A stretch of 64,000 nucleotides of DNA from an uncultured Candidatus Binatia bacterium (GTDB taxonomy: Bacteria; Desulfobacterota; Binatia; UBA9968; CAXXLF01). Made by a program: the position numbers and the translations under genes. The notes below the pieces were generated by a model. The model saw nothing but the letters and a program-made list of their open reading frames with translations. It was not told where the DNA came from and made no database searches. Shown one piece after another: positions 1 through 10,237 of this stretch (within the stretch, counting starts at the first letter, position 1; each line of letters begins with the position of its first letter). The stretch spans positions 2,624,001 through 2,688,000 of the forward strand of contig OZ244621.1 of NCBI GenBank assembly GCA_965218425.1, given 5' to 3'.

Positions 1-431
1 AAGGGATGAACGCTCTTCCTCAGCTGGTTGCCGCAGGTGAGTTCTATGCGGCCATTCCGTCCAATTACAAACGTCCTTACCAGATGGTGCAGAAAGGAGC
101 CCCCGTTGGCTTCGTTTGTCCTGAGCCCGTGCCCGGCTCCACTGAGGAGGCCATCATTCTCAAGGGTGCTCCTAACTTGTATGCTGCCAAGATCTTGATG
201 AACTGGCTCTTGAGCAAGGAAGGGCAGATCGCTCAATACGCCCATGAGTTTGCAGCTCCGCTAGACGAGGGTCTGAGGCCGAAACTGCTACCCTTCGCGG
301 ATCAGATCGTAGGTAAGCCGGAAGTTTTTCGGGATCCACGCACCGTGGAAACAAGCATGTCGAAGTTGTTTGAGTTCTGGAATGAACTCTGGCTGAAAGG
401 GGGCGGAACGCCGCGCCGGCGTCGAAGGTGA
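1..431 (+). CDS. Extracellular solute-binding protein (Fe3+/thiamine-type ABC SBP family), C-terminal part; 5'-truncated by window edge
   Basis: GMNALPQLVAAGEF...CPEPVP...AAKILMNWLLSKEGQ closely parallels the C-terminal half of the complete SBP at 7531-8676. Confidence 0.8.
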   Translation, partial: GMNALPQLVAAGEFYAAIPSNYKRPYQMVQKGAPVGFVCPEPVPGSTEEAIILKGAPNLYAAKILMNWLLSKEGQIAQYAHEFAAPLDEGLRPKLLPFADQIVGKPEVFRDPRTVETSMSKLFEFWNELWLKGGGTPRRRRR

Positions 432-489
432 GTCAGGATCCAGCCAGTTTGAAACACCTTAGGACTGAAAAAGCCAGGAGAAGAATGAA

Positions 490-1908
490 ATGCCTTACAG
501 AGATCTCAGGGAATTTTTAACCACGCTGGAAAAACATCAGGAGCTTCGCACCGTTCAGGGCGCCGACTGGAACCTGGAGATCGGCGCCATTACCGAATTG
601 AATTACGAGCGGCAAGGACCGGCTTTTCTTTTCGATTCCATTAAAGATTATCCCAAGGGTTACCGGATTTTAAGCAACGCCATGGATAATCTTCCTCGTT
701 CTCTGCTGGCCATCGATTTCCCTCCCGACCTCGACATGAACGGGGCGTTGGATGCCTATACAAAAAAGATCGCTTCCTACTCACCCGTACCTCCTGTAGA
801 AGTGGAAACGGGCCCGGTCTTTGAAAATGTTTTTACCGGCGATGACATCGATTTGTGGAAATTTCCCACCCCGCTATGGCATGAGGACGACGGCGGACGC
901 TTCATCGGTACCGGATGCGTGGTGTACATGAGAGATCCCGATACCGGCAAGGTCAACTTCGGCTGTTATCGAGTCATGATGCAGGACAAGAATACGGTGG
1001 GTCTCTACATTACTCCCTCCAAGACGGGAGCGGTCATTCGAAAAAAATATTGGGAGCGAGGTCAGGCCTGTCCCGTGGCGGTTTCCATGGGCCAGGAACC
1101 GGTGATGTTTCTAGCAGCGGCCCCCATGCTGGGTCAAAAGCGCGGGCTCTTTAAGTACGAGCTCGTCGGTCATGTTCGCGGGGCGCCGGTTGAAGTGGTC
1201 CGCGAACAGGTGACGGGGCTGCCCATCCCTGCCACCGCAGAGATTGTGGTCGCCGGAGAGGTGCCTCCCCCCGAGGTCGAATCCAGAGATGAGGGACCAT
1301 TTGGCGAGTGGACCGGGTACTACGCCTCGGGCACCAGGCCCGAGCCGGTGATCAGGGTGAAAGCTCTTTATCATCGTAATGACCCCATCATCCTCGGTAT
1401 GCCCCCGGTAAGGCATCGTCATACGGGGAGTCACTTTCAACTCCCCACCCATGCGCCCAACGATAAGGAAATGCTTCAAAAAGCCGGAATAACCGACGTT
1501 CTGGACGTGTGGCGCCTGGGGGTGCCCGGTGTCACGGTGGTCCAGATTCGTCAGCGCTACCCCGGCCACGCCATGAAGGCCGCGTTGGCGGCTTCCGGTG
1601 ACTACATGGGGCGGTTCGTGGTGGTAGTGGACGAGGATATAAACCCAAGGGACCGCGAGGATGTGCTGTGGGCCATTGGGACTCGGTGTGATCCGGAAAC
1701 GAGCATTACCATTCTCAAGGACTGCCCCTCCAGCCCCCTGGACCCCCGTGTCCCGCCCGAACAGAAAAAGAGAGGGGATTTGACCAGCTCCCGCGCCATC
1801 ATCAATGCCTGCAAGCCATACGAGTGGATGAAGGACTTCCCCCGCACCAACATCGCAAGCCCCGAGCTTCGGAGCCGAGTTCTAGCGAAGTGGAAAGATC
1901 TGATCTGA
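490..1908 (+). CDS. UbiD-family (prFMN-dependent) decarboxylase
   Basis: MPYRDLREFL start, KFPTPLWHEDDGGRF, GCYRVM, EGPFGEWTGYY, VVVVDEDINP motifs; AGGAG RBS. Confidence 0.93.
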   Translation: MPYRDLREFLTTLEKHQELRTVQGADWNLEIGAITELNYERQGPAFLFDSIKDYPKGYRILSNAMDNLPRSLLAIDFPPDLDMNGALDAYTKKIASYSPVPPVEVETGPVFENVFTGDDIDLWKFPTPLWHEDDGGRFIGTGCVVYMRDPDTGKVNFGCYRVMMQDKNTVGLYITPSKTGAVIRKKYWERGQACPVAVSMGQEPVMFLAAAPMLGQKRGLFKYELVGHVRGAPVEVVREQVTGLPIPATAEIVVAGEVPPPEVESRDEGPFGEWTGYYASGTRPEPVIRVKALYHRNDPIILGMPPVRHRHTGSHFQLPTHAPNDKEMLQKAGITDVLDVWRLGVPGVTVVQIRQRYPGHAMKAALAASGDYMGRFVVVVDEDINPRDREDVLWAIGTRCDPETSITILKDCPSSPLDPRVPPEQKKRGDLTSSRAIINACKPYEWMKDFPRTNIASPELRSRVLAKWKDLI

Positions 1909-1990
1909 AACTCAGCACCGGGTTTTATCGTAAGTTCTGATTGCCTTTGGTTGATTGAGTTGCCACCAAAGAACTCAGAAAGGAATATTG

Positions 1991-2950
1991 ATGGATTTTA
2001 AGACACCTCATTTTCCTCCTTCCATTACTCGGTCGCGTATGGTGTTGGAAGTGGCTTCAGAAATGGTTGGAAAGAAGGAATTCCCCTATCGTCAGGCCAA
2101 GCTTAGCCTTCGAGAACAAGGTCCGGGGAGTTGGAATTACAATTTCTTTGGCAGTGACACTCCAGACGCCATCCATGAAGTAGCGCGCCGGGAGGCGGAT
2201 GTAGCGATCATCAATCCTGCTGGACCCCTTACCTTGGCTTATAAAGGGACGGGACCATTTAATGAGCCTGTTCCTGTGAGGATCATCACGGTAATCCCTT
2301 CCCTGGACCAGTTTGCCTTTGCCGTCCTGGGGAGCACCGGATTGACCTCATTGTCAGACCTGCGTGATCGTCGCTATCCACTCAAAGTTTCGCTACGGGA
2401 CCAACGAAACCATTCGGACCATTTTGTTATCAATCAGGTGCTATCGGAAGCCGGGTTTTCCCTGGACGATATCACCTCCTGGGGTGGGACGGTAAGATAC
2501 GACCCTGGAATACCGGGGGCCAGTAGGATTGGTCTTATCGAGCGTGGGGAAGCGGATGCGATTTTCGATGAGGCCGTGGATTCCTGGGCGGCGAAGGGTC
2601 TGGATCTGGGCATGCGTTTCTTGTCCCTCGACGAGTCCCTGATCAAGCGGCTGGAGACCAAGGGCCTTCGTCGTGCGGTGATCAAGAAGTCCGATTACCC
2701 GAAGATCGAGGCCGATGTCTTGACGGTGGATTTCAGTGGGTGGCCTGTGTTTGCCCATGCCAGTGTCCCGGACGAAGTCATCGCCACCTTTTGCGCGGCA
2801 CTGGAGGCACGGAGGGGAGCCGTTCCGTGGCAAGGAGAGGGGCCTCTTCCGTTAGAACGCATGTGCCGCGACGCGGAAGATACGCCCCTGGACGTTCCCC
2901 TGCACCCCGCGGCGGAGCGTTATTGGCGCCAGCGTGGTTACCTCACCTGA
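1991..2950 (+). CDS. TAXI-family solute-binding-fold protein lacking a signal peptide (paralog 1)
   Basis: C-terminal PLDVPLHPAAERYWRQRGYL (TAXI PLHPGA.RY motif), GLTSLSDL, GEADAIFD; ATG 1991 after AAGGA; no hydrophobic N-terminus. Confidence 0.75.
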   Translation: MDFKTPHFPPSITRSRMVLEVASEMVGKKEFPYRQAKLSLREQGPGSWNYNFFGSDTPDAIHEVARREADVAIINPAGPLTLAYKGTGPFNEPVPVRIITVIPSLDQFAFAVLGSTGLTSLSDLRDRRYPLKVSLRDQRNHSDHFVINQVLSEAGFSLDDITSWGGTVRYDPGIPGASRIGLIERGEADAIFDEAVDSWAAKGLDLGMRFLSLDESLIKRLETKGLRRAVIKKSDYPKIEADVLTVDFSGWPVFAHASVPDEVIATFCAALEARRGAVPWQGEGPLPLERMCRDAEDTPLDVPLHPAAERYWRQRGYLT

Positions 2951-2988
2951 TTAACCATCCCCTTGTGCGCTGACGAAGAGATTGACCC

Positions 2989-3948
2989 GTGGACAAGAAA
3001 AGTAATCGTGTCTCACCTTCAGCGATCCGGTCTCGATTGGTTTTGGAAGTGGCGTCGGAACTCGTCGGTCGAAGATCGTTTGCAACCAATCAGGCTAAAG
3101 TCAGCCTTCGTGAACAGGGTCCAGGCGCCTGGCGACTAAATTTCTTTGGCAGTGACGCTCCCGATGCCATTGAGGACCTTCGGCGCCGAGACGTGGATGT
3201 GGCGATAATCAATCCTTCGGCCCCCCTGACCTTGGCCTACAGGGGCACTGGACCTTTTAAGGAACCCATCCCTGTGAGGGCCATTGCAGTCATTCCATCC
3301 TCCGACGTGTTCGTGCTTGCCGTATGCGAAGCCACCGGTTTGACCTCCCTCTCAGACATTCGGGAGCGTCGTTTCCCCCTCCGGGTTTCGCTTAGGAGTC
3401 AGAAGAACCATTCTCTTCATTTGTTTGTGGATCAAATACTCTCGGAAGCGGGGTTTTCCCTTTCTGATATCGTTGCCTGGGGCGGACAGGTTAGGTATGA
3501 TCCCGGGATGCCCGGACGGGACCGAATCAATTTCGTGCAGCGCGGCGAAGTGGACGCGATTTTCGATGAAAGCTTGGGCTCCTGGGGGAATAGGGCCTTG
3601 GACTTGGGCATGCGTTTCTTGTCCTTTGGGGAACCTATCCTCCAGCGGTTGGAAGCTACGGGCTTCCGGCGGGCGACCATAACCAAGGGGAGTTATCCCA
3701 AGCTGCCGGCGGACATTGAAACCCTCGATTTCAGTGGGTGGCCGATTTTTACTCATGCACAAGCGTCGGAATCAGTGGTGATCTCTTTTTGCGAGGCCCT
3801 GCAGGCCCGCAAGGAGTCAATCCCATGGCAGGGGGAAGGGGCTCTTCCCCTGGAGCACATGTGTGGAGATACTGTTGACGGTCCCCTCGATGTTCCGCTG
3901 CATCCTGCCGCGCAGCGGTATTGGCGTGTCCGCGGATACCTGACTTGA
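2989..3948 (+). CDS. TAXI-family solute-binding-fold protein lacking a signal peptide (paralog 2)
   Basis: Colinear paralog of 1991-2950 (RSRLVLEVASE, FFGSDAPDAI, DFSGWP, PWQGEG, PLHPAAQRYW); GTG start. Confidence 0.75.
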   Translation: MDKKSNRVSPSAIRSRLVLEVASELVGRRSFATNQAKVSLREQGPGAWRLNFFGSDAPDAIEDLRRRDVDVAIINPSAPLTLAYRGTGPFKEPIPVRAIAVIPSSDVFVLAVCEATGLTSLSDIRERRFPLRVSLRSQKNHSLHLFVDQILSEAGFSLSDIVAWGGQVRYDPGMPGRDRINFVQRGEVDAIFDESLGSWGNRALDLGMRFLSFGEPILQRLEATGFRRATITKGSYPKLPADIETLDFSGWPIFTHAQASESVVISFCEALQARKESIPWQGEGALPLEHMCGDTVDGPLDVPLHPAAQRYWRVRGYLT

Positions 3949-4051
3949 GCGGACATTAAAATGTTCAACTTTTCCCCGGATTCCGTAATTCAAAATTCAA
4001 CAGAAAATCTAAACGGACTGATTAGAATTATAAAATAGGAAAGGGTCTTAG

Positions 4052-6307
4052 ATGAGCAGCAGCGTCATTGGCCGGGGTATTCCCCGCATTGAAGGAGAAA
4101 GCAAAGTAACAGGGACCTCCGTCTATTCAGCAGACGTCAAGCGTCCCGATGCCCTATGGGGTAGTTTCCTACGCAGTCCATATCCCCACGCCCGGATTGT
4201 CAATATTGATACCAGTCGGGCCGCCAAACTTGTGGGGGTCAAGGCCATTGTGACGGGAAGGGATGTTTCACCCCGCTTGGAAGGCTGTGCTTTGCTGGAC
4301 AAGCCGGTGCTGGCACAAGAGCGTGTTCGATACATCGGGGAAAAAGTAGCGGCCGTGGCAGCCGCCGGCAGGGATGATTTGGAGGAAGCACTGGAGCTGA
4401 TTGATGTGGAGTATGAGGAGTTGCCGGCGGTCTTCGATCCGTTGGAAGCCATGAAACCCGAGGCACCCGTCCTTCATCCCGATTACGCCGGTTACAAAGG
4501 GATTAATAAGGACGAATCTTGGAGGAACGTCCGTTCAGCAGAACGGTCCCATAAGGGAGATATCGATCAGGGTTTTGCGGAATCGGATCGAATCTTCGAA
4601 CATACCTTTCGAACCCAGGCCGTTCATCATGCCTTCGTGGAACCTCGCGCCGGGCTGTTAGCTATTGATTCTCAAGGCCGCGTGGATATCTGGCAATGTC
4701 ACCAGGCTCCCTTCTTGATCCGCACCTGGTTGGCCGCCCACGCGGATCTGCCCGAAGAGATGATCGCCGTTCACCCGGTCTCCACCGGGGGTTCCTTTGG
4801 CGGCAAGCAGGGATCTGAAGACATTATCTGCACCTATTATCTTGCTCGGGCTTCAGGGTGCCCCGTAAGGTATGTGGAGAGTTACGCGGAGGAGTTGCAA
4901 GACGGTCAGCCCCGTCATGCGGCAGTGATCACTCTCAGGACAGGAGTAAAACGGGACGGGCGGTTGTGGGCTTGGGATGGAAAGATTTTTTATAACGGCG
5001 GAGCCTATGGGGCGAGAACTCCAAGAAACGGAATGAACGGCACTTTCCTCATGGCGGGTTCTTACCGGACCCCCCATGTGCGCATGGAAGGCTATATTGT
5101 TTACACCAATCGTGTTCCCTCCGGTTATTTCCGTGCCCCCGGCGAGCTCCAGACTCTGTTCGCGGCTGAGAACCATATGGACATGATAGCCCAGGAGCTC
5201 GAGGTAGATCCTCTGGAATTTCGTAGGGTCAATGCCTTGAGGGAGGGAGACACAAAACCCAACGGGAAACCCCTAAGAGACCCATGTGCCTTGCAGGTGC
5301 TGGATCGGGTGGCTGAGGTCTCCAAATGGAAAAGAAACAGGACTCAGCTTCCCAAGGGCCGGCCCAACGTCTTGGTGGGGCGCGGGATCAGTTTGGGTGA
5401 CCGGCATATCGGATCGGGGGAGTCCAGTGCCCAGCTATTTCTTGAATCTGATGGTTTCCTGCGGTTGGCCACGGCCGTACGCGACGTTGGGGTGGGTGCC
5501 TACACCATGCACCGGCAGGTGGTGGCGGAGGTTCTCGGCATCGAGCCTGAGTTGGTACGAGTGGAAGTGGGGGGGACCGATACAGGGCCCTACGATGAAG
5601 GTGTCAGGGGACAGAGGGGGACCCACGTAGAGGGCCAAGCCGTCTGGCGGGCTGCCAACGATCTAATCGAGATCTTACGCAATCGAGCGGCATCCCACTG
5701 GAAAGTAAATCCAGACCAGATCCGTTGGGAGCGGGGGCGGATACTCCTCAGCGGATCGAAAAAGCAGACCTTGAACCTCAAGGACCTTGCCGGAATTCCA
5801 GCGGACAGTACCCCTTGCGGGTTTGGTCACTGGAAGGCGGGTGAGGTTCATACCTACGCCTTCCAGGCCATGGTAGCCGAAGTGGAGGTGGATCGAGAGA
5901 CGGGACAGGTAACGGTGCGCCGGCTGAACCTGGCCCACGATGTGACCAAGATCATCAATCCGATCATCTATCAGGGGCAGATCGAGGGTGCGGTGACCCA
6001 GGGGCTAGGATTTACGCTTTCAGAACATCTTGCCGTGGAAGACGGCCGGGTGACGACCCTCAGCCTGGGGGACTACAAGATTCCCACCATCCGCGATATC
6101 CCCATCTTGACCACATCACGGGTGCCTGCCAATGAAGGTCCGGGGCCCTTTGGAGCCAAGGCGGTGGCGGAATCCGGCATCGGTCTGGTGGCTCCGGCCA
6201 TTGCCAATGCCGTTTATGACGCCACCGGAGTGAGGATTACAGAGTTACCCATCTCACCCGACAAAATCTTACAGGGATTGGCGGAAAGAGAAAGACTTTC
6301 GGCATAG
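4052..6307 (+). CDS. Xanthine dehydrogenase-family molybdopterin-binding (large) subunit
   Basis: KVTG, LRSPYPHARI, GGSFGGK, FRAPGE, EVEVDRETG, GQIEGA, GPFGAKAVAE. Confidence 0.92.
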   Translation: MSSSVIGRGIPRIEGESKVTGTSVYSADVKRPDALWGSFLRSPYPHARIVNIDTSRAAKLVGVKAIVTGRDVSPRLEGCALLDKPVLAQERVRYIGEKVAAVAAAGRDDLEEALELIDVEYEELPAVFDPLEAMKPEAPVLHPDYAGYKGINKDESWRNVRSAERSHKGDIDQGFAESDRIFEHTFRTQAVHHAFVEPRAGLLAIDSQGRVDIWQCHQAPFLIRTWLAAHADLPEEMIAVHPVSTGGSFGGKQGSEDIICTYYLARASGCPVRYVESYAEELQDGQPRHAAVITLRTGVKRDGRLWAWDGKIFYNGGAYGARTPRNGMNGTFLMAGSYRTPHVRMEGYIVYTNRVPSGYFRAPGELQTLFAAENHMDMIAQELEVDPLEFRRVNALREGDTKPNGKPLRDPCALQVLDRVAEVSKWKRNRTQLPKGRPNVLVGRGISLGDRHIGSGESSAQLFLESDGFLRLATAVRDVGVGAYTMHRQVVAEVLGIEPELVRVEVGGTDTGPYDEGVRGQRGTHVEGQAVWRAANDLIEILRNRAASHWKVNPDQIRWERGRILLSGSKKQTLNLKDLAGIPADSTPCGFGHWKAGEVHTYAFQAMVAEVEVDRETGQVTVRRLNLAHDVTKIINPIIYQGQIEGAVTQGLGFTLSEHLAVEDGRVTTLSLGDYKIPTIRDIPILTTSRVPANEGPGPFGAKAVAESGIGLVAPAIANAVYDATGVRITELPISPDKILQGLAERERLSA

Positions 6308-6365
6308 AGTATAGTCAGAGTAGGGTAAGAACCTAGGTAATGGAAAAAGAAGAAGACCAAATCGG

Positions 6366-6383
6366 TTCTCGTGAGCACGAGAA
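6366..6383. promoter_or_regulatory. Perfect 8-2-8 palindrome, candidate operator upstream of the bicupin
   Basis: TTCTCGTG-AG-CACGAGAA in the intergenic region. Confidence 0.35.
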
Positions 6384-6439
6384 AATGGAATTTGGGACGG
6401 CAGGAAAAATTGAATTACCGGTGAATCATGGAGGAATCA

Positions 6440-7471
6440 ATGGCCGAGAATAAGCCTGAGCGTGAATACGTCTTTTTCGCCAAGGACGAACTCGAAAGGA
6501 GAAAAAAAGCGCCAGTTCAGACCAAAGCTGAGGATGTCCTGACCCGATTTACGGAGCAATGGCGAGCCACCCTCATCGTTGATCCCAAGCAGGGGTTCAA
6601 CAACCGTATCATTCGGATGTGGATCAACAAGATCAAGCCGGGAGATCAAGAAGGGATGGGCTGGAAGACCCTTGGCCACCGGCACACCGTGGAAGCGGTC
6701 ATCTATATCAAGCAGGGTAAAGGCTACAGCATCGTGGACGGAATACGTTTCGATTGGGAACCCGGAGATTTTATCTGTGTGCCCTACTTTGCCTGGCACC
6801 GCCACGTCAACGAGAGCGATGTGGAGATGCAATATATGGCCTGCACGACGCAACACCTGTCTCGGGCATTGGGAGTGGCCGTCTATGAGGACGAAAAGTA
6901 TCCGGAGTACTGGGTTTTCGCCCAGAAGAGTGAGGAGGCCATGAAGGGGCTGGTGCCCGGAGGATCGGAGGTTCCCCCTCCGGTGACACCGCCACCGAGC
7001 AAGCAGGCCAGTGAAGCCCTCGACTCTCGGCTCTATGAGGAGCAACTCTACTATTCAGCCAACGAAGAGATGAGACGGCGTGCGGGAAAGGTCATGGTCA
7101 AAGGAAAAGATATTAAATTCAATGAAACGCGAATGGGGTTTATGGCCCACATCGTGGATCCCCGGATTGGATTCCACGTGAAGCAGATGTCCACCCTCAT
7201 GGCAGAGATCCCACCGGGTGGAAAATCGGGGGCCCATCGCCATCTGTACGAGGAGATCGAATTCGTTCTTTCCGGGAGGGGTTACAGCATCATCGAGGAC
7301 AAGCGCTACGATTGGAAACCAGGCGATGCCTTCTCCATCCCCATGTTCGGCTGGCACCAGCACTTTAACACAGGGGATGAACCTGCGAGGTTTCTAGTTC
7401 ACACCTCTCGGCCGGCCATGGAAAATCTCGGTCATGTCATCACCCAGCAGGGGGAAGCCTATTGCGATTGA
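6440..7471 (+). CDS. Bicupin metalloprotein (gentisate 1,2-dioxygenase-like fold)
   Basis: Two cupin motif sets, GHRHTVEA...WHRH and AHRHLYEE...WHQHFN; ATG 6440 follows GGAGG (alternative start 6428). Confidence 0.8.
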   Translation: MAENKPEREYVFFAKDELERRKKAPVQTKAEDVLTRFTEQWRATLIVDPKQGFNNRIIRMWINKIKPGDQEGMGWKTLGHRHTVEAVIYIKQGKGYSIVDGIRFDWEPGDFICVPYFAWHRHVNESDVEMQYMACTTQHLSRALGVAVYEDEKYPEYWVFAQKSEEAMKGLVPGGSEVPPPVTPPPSKQASEALDSRLYEEQLYYSANEEMRRRAGKVMVKGKDIKFNETRMGFMAHIVDPRIGFHVKQMSTLMAEIPPGGKSGAHRHLYEEIEFVLSGRGYSIIEDKRYDWKPGDAFSIPMFGWHQHFNTGDEPARFLVHTSRPAMENLGHVITQQGEAYCD

Positions 7472-7530
7472 TGGCGATCGTAAGGAAATTCCTGTTCTAG
7501 GTAAACAGCCGTGCGCAAAGGAGGGAAGCA

Positions 7531-8676
7531 ATGGTAAATAAGGTCATCGCGATTATTTCTCTGGTGTTTTTGACTTTCTTATTCAATTCCCCTCAAAGCG
7601 TCATATCCGCTTCACTGCCTGAATCCACCCAGAAAGCGTTGAAAAAGCTCAAGCTCTCTCCATCCATCCTGGGAGACGTCGAAAATGAATTTCAGGTTCC
7701 CCGAGATTGGATCGAGGGAGCCAAGAAGGAAGGAAAGCTGAAAATCAGGTCCAGCCCATGGACCTCCCAAGAGCAGAGGGAGCTTTTTGCTCCGTTCAAG
7801 GAGCGTTATCCATTCATCAAGATTGATTTCTCAGGGACGAATCAGGCCGATCGAACCGTTAAAACCCTGGTTGCTTTTAAGCAGGGAAGGGTCCTCAGTG
7901 ATGTCCTCACCAGTATTGGAGGTTTCTACTCCGAGTACAGGAAGGTGGACGCTTTGGAAGATCTTAGGAACATCCCTAACTGGAAGAAGATTCCCCAGGG
8001 GGCAAAAGGCCCGGACGGCTACTGGGTGGGTTGGAATATCAGGCATTGGTGCATGTCTTATAACACCAGGCTGGTAAAGAAAGACCAATTGCCCCAGAAA
8101 TGGGAGGATATTCTAAACAATCCGTTGTGGGGTCAGGGCAACCTGGCCCTGGGCAACCGTCCGCAGCTTTGGGCGCTTATGGTTTGGAAGGCCAAGGGTG
8201 AAAAGTGGACCAAAGAATTTCTGACGAGGCTATTTACCGAGGTCAAACCACAGTTGCGCAAAGAAGGGATGAACGCGCTCGTGCAATTGGCGGCGGCCAG
8301 TGAATTTCACGCTGCTCTTCCGTCGAACAAGGCTCGTACCTACCAGATGGTCCTACGGGGTGCCCCTTTGAGTTTTACCTGCCCTGAACCCGTCCCCGTT
8401 TCCTCGGAGGATACAACGATCCTACGAGGCTCCCAGAACATCAATGCCGCTAGACTCTTTCTCAATTGGTTGTTGAGCAAGGAAGGTCAACTGGTAGCGG
8501 CATCTGCCCGGCATATTACGCCGGTTCGTAAAGACCTGCAGATAAAGGAGATCATTCCTTTCTCAGAGCAAATTGTTGGCAAGCAGGTGAGTTTTAGGAG
8601 TCCAGAGGTGGAACGCGCCATTATGCCTACACTATCTAAGTTCTGGGATAAAATGTGGTTAGGGGCTAAGAGGTAG
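7531..8676 (+). CDS. Extracellular solute-binding protein (ABC, Fe3+/thiamine-like SBP)
   Basis: N-terminal signal peptide, EGAKKEGKL, YNTRLVK..LPQKWEDIL, AARLFLNWLLSKEGQ; GGAGG RBS. Confidence 0.85.
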   Translation: MVNKVIAIISLVFLTFLFNSPQSVISASLPESTQKALKKLKLSPSILGDVENEFQVPRDWIEGAKKEGKLKIRSSPWTSQEQRELFAPFKERYPFIKIDFSGTNQADRTVKTLVAFKQGRVLSDVLTSIGGFYSEYRKVDALEDLRNIPNWKKIPQGAKGPDGYWVGWNIRHWCMSYNTRLVKKDQLPQKWEDILNNPLWGQGNLALGNRPQLWALMVWKAKGEKWTKEFLTRLFTEVKPQLRKEGMNALVQLAAASEFHAALPSNKARTYQMVLRGAPLSFTCPEPVPVSSEDTTILRGSQNINAARLFLNWLLSKEGQLVAASARHITPVRKDLQIKEIIPFSEQIVGKQVSFRSPEVERAIMPTLSKFWDKMWLGAKR

Positions 8677-8718
8677 TGGCCTTACCAAAGAATAGTTAGA
8701 TCGAACAGACCGTTCACT

Positions 8719-8753
8719 GAAGGGCGCGGAGAAAAATGTCTCCGCGTCCTTCT
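8719..8753 (+). terminator. GC-rich hairpin downstream of the SBP gene (probable terminator or RNA-stability hairpin)
   Basis: GAAGGGCGCGGAGA-aaaatg-TCTCCGCGTCCTTC; weak U tract. Confidence 0.5.
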
Positions 8754-9094
8754 CCGTCACTGCCGCTACCTCTGCCGGTTTTACCGTGTCTTTTAGTCTC
8801 CCTTCGCTAAAGAGGTTCCCACAGAGAAATCAAGATTCGGCTCAAAGACCTTCGACGAAGGCCCCCTTTTTCAGTGCCATGATACTCATGGGGTGCCAAG
8901 ATATTGGGGTGGCGATGTATGACCCGGTGAAGGCAATTGCGGAAAAGATGGGTGAGTCTCGGCCTGAAATGTGGTTCCCGTGGTTTTTGACGGGGGGGGC
9001 CGCCGACCCCAAGTAGCAATACATGGAAACGCTAGTTAAATATGGTATGGTGTTCCCGGCCCGAAAAGGCAGAACTTCAGCAGAGGAGAGTGAC

Positions 9095-10237
9095 ATGCTC
9101 AACGGGTTTTTTATCTACGATGCGGATGCCCATGTGATGGTGAGCCAGCGCATGTGGGAGGACATGCCCAAACCCATCCGGCAACGACGGCCGCGTCCTG
9201 TACGCATTGAAGATCACGAGGATTTTGGGGGCCTGGAAAGCTCTTGGTTTGTGGACGGGCGACTAACCCCACGTCACTGGGGGCCAGGGAGCCAGCCGGC
9301 CAATAATCCCGCAACCACCGATCCTGAATTTTCGGGTGCGGATTTGAGCCTACCAGTTGAAATAGGGAGCCGGGACCTTTCCCAACCGGATCTGCGGTTA
9401 AAAGATCTGGACCGGATGGGTATTGATTGCTCGGTGATGTATCCTTCCACTCTCTACGCCACCATGGCTACCGATCCCGAACTGGAGGCTGCCCTCTACC
9501 GTTCTTTCAATCGTTATATGGGAAAGGCATGTCAAAGGGATCCCAAACGTCTCAAGTGGGCAGGACTGATCCCTTTAAGAAATCCTAAAGAGGCGTGCCA
9601 AGCCATCGCCGAGATGAAAGAGCTGGGTGCCAAAGCCGCCGTGGTTTTTGGCACAGCCGGTGAGCGGCCGCTCTCGGATTCCTCTCTCAATCCGGTTTAT
9701 GATGAGTTGATTCGTGCTGGACTTCCCCTGAGCATTCACTTCGGTATGAGCTTTCCTCCCCTCTGGGACTTGAGCCGGACCATGTTCTCAGGCCAATTTA
9801 TCGGTATGACCTTGCCCGTGTTTCTTGGCTTTTATGCCGTCACCGGCGGGGGGCTGATGGATCGCTACCCCGGTCTGAAGGTCGCGTTTCTTGAATTCGG
9901 TTCGGAATGGCTCCTTTACGTGGTGCCCCGCATGGAGCGTTTCCGCAAAATGGCCTTGCGGCGCGGAGCGCCAATGCCCACGGATATGCCAGAGAGGGAG
10001 ATCCTCCAGTACCTTCGTTCGGGGAATTTCTTCGTTACCTGTGAAGGTGATGACGAGGTGCTGACCGACGAGATTGAGCTGATGGGCGAAGACAACATCA
10101 TGTTCGCCTCTGACATGCCCCATCCGGAGATGAGAGATAACGCCGCGGAAGAGATCTTCGAAAACAAAGAACTCTCTGATTCTCAAAAACGAAAGATCCT
10201 CTCTGACAACGTAATCCGGTATTACGGGGAGCCTTGA
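9095..10237 (+). CDS. Amidohydrolase-2 family protein (ACMSD/LigJ-like decarboxylase or hydratase fold)
   Basis: IYDADAHV, RLKDLDRMGID...YPS, LPLSIH, KVAFLEFGSEW, IMFASDMPHPE, KILSDN; GAGGAG RBS before ATG 9095. Confidence 0.88.
   Translation: MLNGFFIYDADAHVMVSQRMWEDMPKPIRQRRPRPVRIEDHEDFGGLESSWFVDGRLTPRHWGPGSQPANNPATTDPEFSGADLSLPVEIGSRDLSQPDLRLKDLDRMGIDCSVMYPSTLYATMATDPELEAALYRSFNRYMGKACQRDPKRLKWAGLIPLRNPKEACQAIAEMKELGAKAAVVFGTAGERPLSDSSLNPVYDELIRAGLPLSIHFGMSFPPLWDLSRTMFSGQFIGMTLPVFLGFYAVTGGGLMDRYPGLKVAFLEFGSEWLLYVVPRMERFRKMALRRGAPMPTDMPEREILQYLRSGNFFVTCEGDDEVLTDEIELMGEDNIMFASDMPHPEMRDNAAEEIFENKELSDSQKRKILSDNVIRYYGEP

Noticed and set aside
4052..6307. Aerobic CO dehydrogenase CoxL
   Set aside because: Lacks the AYxCSFR and AYxGAGR motifs (has GYFRAPG); the same applies to the other two Mo subunits.
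8786..9016. 76-aa ORF between the SBP and amidohydrolase genes
   Set aside because: No RBS or recognisable motif; at most a remnant.
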